Shown here one piece after another: positions 1 to 8,704 of a stretch of DNA of 64,000 nt (positions are counted from its first letter, which is position 1; every line of letters starts with the position of its first letter). A program made the translations under genes and the position numbers. Origin of the DNA: an uncultured Planctomycetaceae bacterium (GTDB lineage: Bacteria > Planctomycetota > Planctomycetia > Planctomycetales > Planctomycetaceae). Under the pieces are notes generated by a model. The model was not told the origin of the DNA. It saw nothing but the letters and a program-made list of their open reading frames with translations, and did not search any database. Where the stretch lies: positions 62,001 through 126,000 of the forward strand of contig CAXBME010000018.1 of the NCBI GenBank assembly GCA_963976765.1, written 5' to 3'.

Positions 1-716
1 CGCCAGGCAACTCTTCCCGACTCTCTGTTCAAGGCAGCCACAAAGCTGACTCCAGCATGCCGACTGTTTCCTGGTCCCTTGCTGTCACAACATACAATTA
101 CGTTGTTACCACAAATCGCTGGAGATGACGCAAATCCATGAACAGACTGGTAGCAGCCAACGTCTTTTTGCCATTCAGTTTTCCCATCCAACGAAACGGC
201 GGATAGAATAACTCGTTCACCTGCAATTACTGGAACAAACACTCGCGAACCATCACAGGCAGGTGTCGGGGAAGCTGGCGAGTTGGAAGCGTTCGTATTG
301 GTGTCTGCATTTCTGACAATGTCAGTCCGCCAGATGATCCGACCATTGTCCCGATGCAGACAAATCAGCGAGACCGTCGATGGTGCATCGAATGTTGTGA
401 CAAACACACGATGTCCTCGGATAATTGGCGATGACTGCCCCACACCAGGAATGTCAACATCCCACTCTGCAACAGAACTATTGCAGCTTTCAATCTGAGC
501 CGGTGCTGTCCCGTTTCCTGAAGCTCCTCGCCACCACGGCCAGTCACTCTGACCGGGCTCTGGGAGTTCGATCGTGATGTCCAGCTCTGGCTGATACGGG
601 TGCTCACTGCCCGGGACAGTCCAGCTATTCTTCGCAACTACCCAGGTGGCCGCCACTGCTGGCAGCAGAGCGAACAGCCCAATTACAGAGAGAAGACGCT
701 TGCGGGAATGCGACAC
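1..716 (-). CDS. PQQ-binding-like beta-propeller repeat protein (partial, runs off left edge; missing from the supplied ORF track)
   Basis: Manual translation from GTG at 716: MSHSRKRLLSVIGLFALLPAVAATW...SDWPWWRGASGNG...WDVDIPGVGQSSPIIRGHRVFVTT...ASPTPACDGSRVFV...GFASSPAICG...AALNRESGRVAW. N-terminal hydrophobic segment plus DWPxWRG and SSP repeats typical of this family. Confidence 0.85.
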   Translation of the reverse strand, partial: MSHSRKRLLSVIGLFALLPAVAATWVVAKNSWTVPGSEHPYQPELDITIELPEPGQSDWPWWRGASGNGTAPAQIESCNSSVAEWDVDIPGVGQSSPIIRGHRVFVTTFDAPSTVSLICLHRDNGRIIWRTDIVRNADTNTNASNSPASPTPACDGSRVFVPVIAGERVILSAVSLDGKTEWQKDVGCYQSVHGFASSPAICGNNVIVCCDSKGPGNSRHAGVSFVAALNRESGRVAW

Positions 717-746
717 TGTCCTGCCTTGAAAATGAAGCAACCGATA

Positions 747-1778
747 TCAGGCAGCGGACCGCTGACTATCTTGTTGAGTCCCTGCCAGACCGAGTAGAGA
801 AATAGTTTCACCAGGAGTAGCAAATCGAAAACGGTCAGCCTGCGGATGAGACACGATGTAGTCGATACTTTGCATGACACCAGCCAAGAGATCAGAGCGG
901 CTGAATGTTGCAGTACGCAGGACAGCCATGAAATGAGGTTGCGACTCCGTTCGAATGCGGTGCTCAAAAGTCTCTCGGAAGTTTTCCGGTCCACGCCGCA
1001 GGATAAATCGACGAGTCTCCGAGCGATCATGCCCGATCAGTTTGTTTCGAAGGCGACGTAAAGCTGGCCGTATTCCGTAATCAGGCAGTTGTACGGAAAG
1101 CGGAATGAACCAGAGATTCGTTGGGCAGGTTTTAGCCGGAAGGCGAAAATCCTCAGAACAGGACCGATACGGTTGCTGCGGAATTGGTCTGCCATCAATC
1201 GGTTCACAGTCAACTTGCCCGATTTTCCTGCTGATGGTCTGCCCCTTTTCTCCAGGCTTCAACGTCAGGTCATACTGAATCCCCTGGTCAATCAGGAAAT
1301 CTCTCAGCTCATTGCTCATCCAGTGTATACCGCCAACAGAATGTGTTTCTGGCTGGTATCCATGCTTGCGCATTGCATGAATTCCCATTTCTATGCATTC
1401 GCGAATGTGGTCGGTGTCCATAAAATCCTGAATCCAGTCATTCAGATTTTTGTCCCAGCGGTACATATGAGTATGCACACCTACTTCGTCTCCGGCCGCT
1501 CGGAGTTGCTCCAGTTCGCTGCCGTAACGCTCAAGTGCCCAATCTGCTGCACCGTAAGTCTGTTTGATCTGCTTATCAGCGCGGAGTATCCAGGTAAAAT
1601 GCGGTGAGCATCCCGTATATTTGTAAATTCGTTCACGAATTTCATCAACCAAAGGAAAGGCAGCTTCAAAACCGTGCCATGGCTCCGGTCGGTTTCGATC
1701 GATGTAATGCTCATCCGGCTCAATGTCGAAGTTTACAATAATGGGTACTGGTCGTGTCGGTGAGTCCTGGTCAGTCAC
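747..1778 (-). CDS. Polysaccharide deacetylase-like (NodB/CE4-fold) protein
   Basis: 343 aa; NFDIEPD acidic motif, DEVGVHTH His motif, G-x-x-Y-D-x-T; lies among glycan-modifying genes. Confidence 0.6.
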   Translation of the reverse strand: MTDQDSPTRPVPIIVNFDIEPDEHYIDRNRPEPWHGFEAAFPLVDEIRERIYKYTGCSPHFTWILRADKQIKQTYGAADWALERYGSELEQLRAAGDEVGVHTHMYRWDKNLNDWIQDFMDTDHIRECIEMGIHAMRKHGYQPETHSVGGIHWMSNELRDFLIDQGIQYDLTLKPGEKGQTISRKIGQVDCEPIDGRPIPQQPYRSCSEDFRLPAKTCPTNLWFIPLSVQLPDYGIRPALRRLRNKLIGHDRSETRRFILRRGPENFRETFEHRIRTESQPHFMAVLRTATFSRSDLLAGVMQSIDYIVSHPQADRFRFATPGETISLLGLAGTQQDSQRSAA

Positions 1779-1860
1779 AAGCGTGGGTTCCGGTTAAATC
1801 CGATTGCACAAACGGGTTAATGCCCCTAAGGCTCAACACCTGAGTCAGGGTGGGTGAGCC

Positions 1861-2838
1861 TCACGTCGGTGCCCCTGCAGGATCGCAGCCAGTACGAACG
1901 CGTGTCCTGAGTTTGCTCGAGGCGGCCTGTCCGGTTTGACATGCCGGTGTGTCGTAGCCGAAGCGTTGCATTAGTGGTGATTCACGGCACAAGTCATGAA
2001 ATTCAGTCAATTGCGGGTTCTGTGTCCATGCAAAGACTTTGTCTGTCTGGATCGTCGATGCGAGTTTCTGCATGAATTCCTCGTCATGTTGCAGGTCTAG
2101 AAAGTCACCAATCTGCGACAATACCGAGACTGCTCGCGCGGCAAGATCTTCGAACCGAAACGTCAACAATTGCTCGGAACTGAGCCGTTCCGTAAATCGC
2201 GAGGCTAACGAAAGGTAGTGGCTCCAGAGATCAAACGGTTCCTGTAGACTCCGGAAGGGAGTCGACCGGGATCCGGGAGGCAATGGATACACACATCTCG
2301 CAGCACGCCTGACGCGCGATCGCAAAGTCCGAGGAAAAGTCCGCCTGTCTCGTTCGACCAGGCTGTTTGCAACGCCGACCCCATTACGAACGATATGGAT
2401 CACTTTTGCCTGGGGAAATATCTTCAACCAGAGCGGAAGCGTGATTGTGCTTCGCGGATCCTTCCATCCCCACCGATAATTCCCGGCGTGAAACTCGTCG
2501 CCCTCGAACTGGCTGAAACTACTGGAATTCAGTTGCTCGATCAGATGGGTACAGTATCTGGACTGGCAGTCTTTGTGGTCAACAACATCCGCGAACGGCA
2601 GGGGAGTAAACCATGTTGCAGAAGCCTGCCGCAGAACTGAATTATTCAGGTTCAGAAAAAACAGTGACTCGGCATTGGCTGTAGTCGTGTCTGCCCCCAT
2701 ATGAACGCCCATGTCTGTGAGCAGACGAGACAGGAGTGTTGTGCCCGAACGGTGCATGCCAATCACAATCACCGGCGAGTCCGGGACAGTGCTGGCTCCA
2801 TTTAATTGGTCAGTAAACACGCGGTACGTATCTCTCAA
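1861..2838 (-). CDS. Sulfotransferase (Sulfotransfer_3-like)
   Basis: PAPS-binding loop IGMHRSGTT, WGWKDPR, KVIHIVRNG, RFEDL; start codon uncertain. Confidence 0.85.
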   Translation of the reverse strand: MRDTYRVFTDQLNGASTVPDSPVIVIGMHRSGTTLLSRLLTDMGVHMGADTTTANAESLFFLNLNNSVLRQASATWFTPLPFADVVDHKDCQSRYCTHLIEQLNSSSFSQFEGDEFHAGNYRWGWKDPRSTITLPLWLKIFPQAKVIHIVRNGVGVANSLVERDRRTFPRTLRSRVRRAARCVYPLPPGSRSTPFRSLQEPFDLWSHYLSLASRFTERLSSEQLLTFRFEDLAARAVSVLSQIGDFLDLQHDEEFMQKLASTIQTDKVFAWTQNPQLTEFHDLCRESPLMQRFGYDTPACQTGQAASSKLRTRVRTGCDPAGAPT

Positions 2839-3070
2839 TTCTGGCGGCGAGCAATGGAGATTCAGTTTCGGCAGGTCCGTTACATCGCATTTCTAGCCAA
2901 AAACGCGGCACGGCAGCAATATCGTTACGCAGCACTCGCAACGCGGAACCTCTTGATGCAGGTCCACTCAGGTCCGTTTGACTCGAATCGTCAGTCTTCC
3001 CCGCTTCACCGGAGTCATGAATCGCCAGAAGCCATAACGAAGCACTGGATGAGTCGCGAAATTGACGGTC

Positions 3071-3937
3071 CTACTCGGCGACTGAGGCAGTGATTGCCAG
3101 TCGCAAACGTCGAAAAACCCGCCCGGCAAGGGAACTGACTTGTCGGCGCTCAGTCAGCAGGCGTTTTGCGTACTGAGAGCAATGTTCGGCACGAATCTGT
3201 GGGGTCAGGGAGGTCGTCCAGTCGTCCTGATAACCGAGTTGATGGAGATACTGGTCAAGAAGTGGACGCAGCCTGTGAGTGTCCTCGGACACCAGCCAGT
3301 TTTTCCAGTCACCCGAGCTTCTGGTTCTTGTGACTCGTTGCACTTGTGGTCCTACACCTGCCATCTCACCCAGTGAGAAACCAAGATACTCTTCTGTTGG
3401 TCCGAGTTGCCCCTGGACCAGGTCTTCGTACTTCAGGGTGTGGTAGCCAGCGGCGTCTTCGTGAAATTGTCGAAAGAGGTCGAGATTCTGCAGGAACGAA
3501 TCAAGACATGAAGGCTGACCGGGATTCAATGCGTCTACCGCATCCATTACCTGGCTCAGTGCGATTTCTTCGGGAACTCGTTCCTTCTGTTCCAGCAGTG
3601 AAATCAGCCGTTGAGTTTTGGTGGTGTTTCTGAATTCTGTCGCGTGGAACACCGAATACAAAACTGAGCTGACGAGTGTGTCTCTAGGGTCGCGAACGAT
3701 CAAAATCCTCCGCCCGAAAGATCGAAAGCTGTCCAGCAGGGCAGGTTTAGTGTTACGGATCAGGACTTTGGCCAGAACGCAGCGACAGGCGTCCTGAGAA
3801 GATTCGGTGAACGTGGTTGGCTCAAACAGACACCGTGTCGTTTCGGGAAGTGATTGTCGGATTCTATAAAAGAGTGCAGTTGTCCCCGTCTTGGCCTGCC
3901 CAACGATCAGAATTCGATTTTCGGATTCTTCAAACAT
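3071..3937 (-). CDS. Sulfotransferase-like protein
   Basis: GQAKTGTT 5'-PSB-like loop, VRDPRDTLVS 3'-PB motif, KYEDLV, GDWKNW. Confidence 0.7.
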   Translation of the reverse strand: MFEESENRILIVGQAKTGTTALFYRIRQSLPETTRCLFEPTTFTESSQDACRCVLAKVLIRNTKPALLDSFRSFGRRILIVRDPRDTLVSSVLYSVFHATEFRNTTKTQRLISLLEQKERVPEEIALSQVMDAVDALNPGQPSCLDSFLQNLDLFRQFHEDAAGYHTLKYEDLVQGQLGPTEEYLGFSLGEMAGVGPQVQRVTRTRSSGDWKNWLVSEDTHRLRPLLDQYLHQLGYQDDWTTSLTPQIRAEHCSQYAKRLLTERRQVSSLAGRVFRRLRLAITASVAE

Positions 3938-4231
3938 CTGATCATCCGAGTGAATACGGTTGAGTTCGTATGCCTGCAGGCCCTCGCGTAATTGATATCA
4001 GAAATATCACGCCGCCAGGAGCAGTTCAGGCTGTGGATATCAGGGGCAGTCCGATGGGTCAATATCTCTTCTGAGATGGCCGCAAACCTGATTCACTGCG
4101 GCCATAGTGTGTGTCAGCGGTTGCTATTGACGTTTTGCGTCAATAGTTCCTAACTGTCTCCCGATTCTGTATTCCAGTCAGTTCAGCGCAAAAGCAACTG
4201 AGGTGGCAGAGTTCTCAGGACGGATCGTGAG

Positions 4232-5053
4232 ATGATCGCCGAAGCAGACAGACTGATCTTCGTTCATATTCCAAAAAGTGGCGGCACTACGTTGAGGCGT
4301 TTGTTGAGCGAGCAGTTCTGTGGAACCGGAGTCGCTCATGTTAACCGGGCAGACATTCAACAAATGCCAACTCCATGCTCCCCTTCAGCTTCGTTGGTGA
4401 TGGGACACATGCCATTCGGACTGCATGAGCGTCTTCCGGGTAAATCCATGTACCTGACGATGCTCAGAGAACCGACCGCGCGAGCCATCTCGCAGTATCA
4501 CGCCTGGTTGCGAAGACGTGAGCTTGATATTGAACAGTTTTCGTTCGACGAGTTTCTCGTTTCGACTCCTAAGTTGAACAACGATCAGACCCGCGTTGTC
4601 CTGGGTAATGTCGAACGTCACGTCCCGCTCACAAATGCCGATCTCGATCAGGCAAAGGAAAACCTTGAAAATCGTTTTCTGTTTGCTGGAGTAACCGAAC
4701 GATTCGATGAAAGTGTCATCCTGCTCGCTCAGAAACTTGGCTGGGGCAAGCCGCCTCGGTATGTCCCTTCAAATCAAACGGTGCGGCCTCTCACGCCGCG
4801 TGACCTGTCGCCCTCAGCACTGCGTCTGATTCGTGAACGGAATGAACTCGATTATGCTCTGCATCGGCATGCGGAAGTGTTGTTGGAAAAAGAGATTCAA
4901 GCGGTCGGCAAAGCATTCATCTCTCAACAGTTACGGATCTATCAAAGCCAGAAACGATGGAAACTGTTGAGTGACTATGGCAAACGAGTCGTTCGCCACT
5001 TCGTTCCACAGTCTTTGCAGAATATGATTCGTGATTTCAACGGGAACAAGTGA
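4232..5053 (+). CDS. Sulfotransferase family 2 domain protein
   Basis: FVHIPKSGGTT, LREPTARAISQY, GVTERFDES motifs. Confidence 0.85.
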   Translation: MIAEADRLIFVHIPKSGGTTLRRLLSEQFCGTGVAHVNRADIQQMPTPCSPSASLVMGHMPFGLHERLPGKSMYLTMLREPTARAISQYHAWLRRRELDIEQFSFDEFLVSTPKLNNDQTRVVLGNVERHVPLTNADLDQAKENLENRFLFAGVTERFDESVILLAQKLGWGKPPRYVPSNQTVRPLTPRDLSPSALRLIRERNELDYALHRHAEVLLEKEIQAVGKAFISQQLRIYQSQKRWKLLSDYGKRVVRHFVPQSLQNMIRDFNGNK

Positions 5054-5128
5054 CGCATCCAGGAAACACCGGCAACCTTCAGGCGTTTTCAAATAGCGGC
5101 GATTGACTGCATTCGGCTCTGGTTCAAA

Positions 5129-6187
5129 ATGAAACCAAACTACAGCGACATCCCCAGCGTGTTTGTAGTTCTCGCCACGTGGAACGGGGGCAAGTACGTT
5201 GCTGCACAGATCGAAAGCATTCTTGCACAGACGGAATCAGACTGGACGCTGCTGATTCGTGATGATGGTTCCATCGACGAGACGCCTTCTATCCTGGCCA
5301 ACTACGGTGCTCGGGATCAGCGGATTGAGTTGCTCCAGGACGCGAGAGGTCGACTTGGACCGGCGCAAAGTTTCGGTGTCCTGATAAGGACTGCTCTCGA
5401 TCGTGGAGCTGACTACGTCTGCCTGGCCGATCAGGATGATGTCTGGGATCCCAGCAAAGTGGCTGATCAACTCCAGCAAATGCTGGAAACAGAACAGGAA
5501 CATGGAGTTGATTGCCCAGCGTTAATCTACAGCGATATGGTCGTCACAGATCATCGTCTCGAAATACTCCAACCGTCATTCAATCAGGTGGAAAAGCCAC
5601 CGGTTGATGCCGAACAGTTCCTGCGGGGGCTGCTGACTCGCAACTATGTTCCCGGTTGCACGATAATGGTAAACAGGGCGTTGCTTCAATTTTCTCTGCC
5701 ACTGCCATTGATCGAAATGATGCACGATCACTGGCTCACACTGTGTGCAGCATCCACTGGAGTTGTCCGCTGTATCCAGCGGCCCTTGCTGCAGTATCGA
5801 AGGCATGGGGATTGTGCGACACCAACAGGCCTGAATCGTTCGAGTCTGTTTGCGATGCTAAGGAGACTTTGCCAGGGCGAACCGCTTTCTACCGAAGTTT
5901 TGAAACGTCGCTGGGCGAGTATTGAAGCAGCGAGAATCATCCTGCAACGACTCTCACCTCACCTTGGCCGCTCCACGCTACTTCTTGACGGTTTTTGCCG
6001 GGCCTTCCTGCCAGGCACAACCGTAATTCAGCGAGTATCAATGCTGCGGCGCCTGGGATTGCCGGTCGGAGGCTGGTTCGCAAAATCTCTTGTCTATTAC
6101 ATTCAGATCTGCTGCCTGAAAACATGCGTCGAGAATGCTGGAAACCTGGAAGAAAAGACGGAACCGCAAGTCCGCACTGTGGCCTGA
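5129..6187 (+). CDS. Glycosyltransferase family 2 (rhamnosyltransferase-like)
   Basis: LATWNG...QIESILAQT, RDDGSID, ADQDDVW, GCT, MHDHW, YRRHG motifs. Confidence 0.9.
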   Translation: MKPNYSDIPSVFVVLATWNGGKYVAAQIESILAQTESDWTLLIRDDGSIDETPSILANYGARDQRIELLQDARGRLGPAQSFGVLIRTALDRGADYVCLADQDDVWDPSKVADQLQQMLETEQEHGVDCPALIYSDMVVTDHRLEILQPSFNQVEKPPVDAEQFLRGLLTRNYVPGCTIMVNRALLQFSLPLPLIEMMHDHWLTLCAASTGVVRCIQRPLLQYRRHGDCATPTGLNRSSLFAMLRRLCQGEPLSTEVLKRRWASIEAARIILQRLSPHLGRSTLLLDGFCRAFLPGTTVIQRVSMLRRLGLPVGGWFAKSLVYYIQICCLKTCVENAGNLEEKTEPQVRTVA

Positions 6188-6213
6188 TTGCCCTTTGTCT
6201 AATTGCTTGACCA

Positions 6214-8022
6214 TCAACCAAAGTCGGCGTTGATGAGTGATCGGAAACGTCCATCAGAGAATGCAGCAAGCTCATCCCAGGTTCCCGATTCAGAAACCGC
6301 GCCGTGCTCAATCAGGATGATCTGGTCGGCATTACGAACCGTGGAGAGACGGTGTGCAATGACGATGATTGTGAGCTTCCCGTTCAACTTGAAGATCGCT
6401 TCCTGAATCCGTTTCTGGTTCTCCGAATCCAGACTGCTTGTGGCTTCATCAAGTATCAGAACTGAAGGTTGGCGTAGCAGAGCGCGTGCAAGGGCGATCC
6501 GTTGCCGCTCTCCCCCGGAAAGACGAGTGCCACGATCGCCAAGGAGAGTGTCGAGCCCAGCGGGAAGCGATCTCACAAAAGGGAGGGCAGCGGCGAGCTC
6601 CAATGTTGCCAGCAGGTCATCGTCTGATCCATCTGGTTTTGCCCACAGCAGGTTGGCTCGAACAGTGTCGTGGAAAAGAACGGTTTCCTGCGGTACGTAG
6701 CCAACTCTTTGACGCCATTGAGCTGCATTTTCGGACGAGAGCGGCTCGTTGTCGACTAGAATGGTTCCTGATTCCGGAGTTATCAGTCCGATCAGCAGAT
6801 CTGCAAGTGTGCTCTTGCCTGAGCCGGACGTGCCCACGATGGCGGTCGTCATCCGGGCTGGAATCGTTAGATTGATATTACGGATCGCCCAGATATCCTG
6901 AGCCTGATCGTACCTGAATGAGACGTTTTTCAGGTCGATCCGGCTGGTTAACCCCGGCGCTGCCGTGACTTTGTTTTCTACCTGCTGGTGCGCCGCCTGG
7001 CATTGGGTTCGCAATTCACTCACTGATTTGAATGCCGGCAGCATCTGCAAGACCTGCTGGTAGAAATTGTGAATTTCACGAAACCTCGGAGTCAACCTGG
7101 CAAAGATAAGAATAATCACGGCGAAGTTGCCGAATGGCAGCGAAAGAACTTCGATGGCGACAAACAACAGAATGCTCAGCAGAAATGCGGCGCCTAACGT
7201 GTAAACCGTTGAGGTCGTAGCACTGGCTCTGGCGAATGCCACGTAAGCGGAATTGATAGACGCGGTCACGGCCTGAAACGATTTGATCTGCTGAGATTCT
7301 GCACCGAGCGATTTGAGCTCTTTCATTCCGGACAACTGGTCGTCGATCTGTGCGAACAGATGACGTGTCTGATCTCTTGAGTCGCGACCGGCCTCTTTGG
7401 CAACCCTGTTCTGCCGCGCCAAAAGCGGCCAGCACAGCATGATGCTGACCGTGGTCACCGCAGTCATTTCCAGGGAAAGGACCAGAGCGAGCAGGAAATG
7501 AACAATCATCACGATCAAATGGCTCGCCAATCGGAGCAGCCCCATTGTTCCACGTGCGACTCGATTGATGTCGTCTACCAGTGAATGAGTGAAATCAGAC
7601 GAACGCGACTTCAGATGGAAGACCCATTCCGCTCGGACAATCGACTCGTGGAGTTCATTGCGCATCGACTCGATAAAATCCGCCTGCAACTGTGCACTCA
7701 AGACCTGATGCCACCGCTGAATGGCTGCATGCAGTCCCGTGAGAGTCAGGAATGCGATCAGAATACTGGAGATCGATAGAGACATTCCCAACAGCTCGAA
7801 ACTCTCTGCGACAATCGTCGCGACACGATTTGATCCAAGGGAATGCCTGGCGACGCCAGCAGCTTCCAGGAGCGGGATCAGCAGCAGAATCCCAATACCA
7901 TTCAGGAAGCCAAGTATGCACAGGAGTACCAGATTCAGCGTCGCCCGTACTCGATGGGTACAGAACAAAGCCCGAAGATATCGAATGATCGGGCGGGTAG
8001 TGCTGGCTGGTGGCAATGTCAT
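6214..8022 (-). CDS. ABC exporter, fused permease/ATP-binding subunit
   Basis: N-terminal TM helices; Walker A GTSGSGKST, signature LSGGERQR, Walker B LILDEATS, IAHRLST. Confidence 0.92.
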   Translation of the reverse strand: MTLPPASTTRPIIRYLRALFCTHRVRATLNLVLLCILGFLNGIGILLLIPLLEAAGVARHSLGSNRVATIVAESFELLGMSLSISSILIAFLTLTGLHAAIQRWHQVLSAQLQADFIESMRNELHESIVRAEWVFHLKSRSSDFTHSLVDDINRVARGTMGLLRLASHLIVMIVHFLLALVLSLEMTAVTTVSIMLCWPLLARQNRVAKEAGRDSRDQTRHLFAQIDDQLSGMKELKSLGAESQQIKSFQAVTASINSAYVAFARASATTSTVYTLGAAFLLSILLFVAIEVLSLPFGNFAVIILIFARLTPRFREIHNFYQQVLQMLPAFKSVSELRTQCQAAHQQVENKVTAAPGLTSRIDLKNVSFRYDQAQDIWAIRNINLTIPARMTTAIVGTSGSGKSTLADLLIGLITPESGTILVDNEPLSSENAAQWRQRVGYVPQETVLFHDTVRANLLWAKPDGSDDDLLATLELAAALPFVRSLPAGLDTLLGDRGTRLSGGERQRIALARALLRQPSVLILDEATSSLDSENQKRIQEAIFKLNGKLTIIVIAHRLSTVRNADQIILIEHGAVSESGTWDELAAFSDGRFRSLINADFG

Positions 8023-8605
8023 CTGGTCAGTCGTGATTCACTCTATTCGAAGGCGACGGGCTGCATGAAGTCACAGTTTACTTTCCTCGCTACAGAAATT
8101 CCTGATGGTCGCAAGGTCCAGACTTTGCTCGGTCACTGTCGAAGCCGATTGACCACCACTGAAACCTTTTAGCGTGCCGCCAACGATGTCCGCGGGCCAT
8201 TCATTCCGACGGTCGCGTCATACACTACTGATCAGAAACAGATTCGACATCACCCTTGCATACACCAGTCCGCAGAATCTGTCCCCTCGATTGTCCAGGC
8301 CCGCCAAAGTGCACAAACACCCTCGCCCCAGGCGATACTCTGGGCGTCTGGCGTCCAGATCGCCTCAAGCGTTCTGATCTGCTCCCCGAATTCTGGTCCT
8401 TTCTTGTTGTTAGAATTCCGGTGAAAACCGGAACCTGAAAACGAACAGACATCGAAAGTCCGCATCACAAACAAACGACTCACCGCTGGCTGGAACAACG
8501 GCTTCCTGCCGAAAGCACAGTTCGAAGTGCTCCCGCTCCCCACCACGCAATCGCTCTGAATGCGGCACGGACAAAGACTGGTACTTTTTGGCACAATCCA
8601 TCGTC

Positions 8606-8635
8606 ATCCGTGAAAATCGGTGTCCATCCGTAACT
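8606..8635. repeat. 10-bp-period intergenic repeat (ATCCGTGAAA ATCGGTGTCC ATCCGTAACT)
   Basis: Three degenerate ATCCGTG-type units; same family as 42925-43005. Confidence 0.5.
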
Positions 8636-8640
8636 AATAA

Positions 8641-8686
8641 TTGAATCCGACTTTGCCGGGTGTTGTCGTTTTCAAGTCGGATTCAA
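8641..8686 (-). terminator. Stem-loop downstream of the heme-binding protein gene, probable terminator
   Basis: Perfect 13-bp inverted repeat TTGAATCCGACTT / AAGTCGGATTCAA just past the stop at 8705, followed on the minus strand by TTATTAGTT. Confidence 0.55.
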
Positions 8687-8704
8687 GTCGAATAGAAACG
8701 CGGC

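Noticed and set aside
6214..8700. Lasso-peptide/RiPP cluster, because the ABC exporter N-terminus resembles exporters seen in such clusters
   Set aside because: No precursor, cyclase, peptidase or RRE gene recognisable in the window; short ORFs in 8022-8705 lack RBS and motifs
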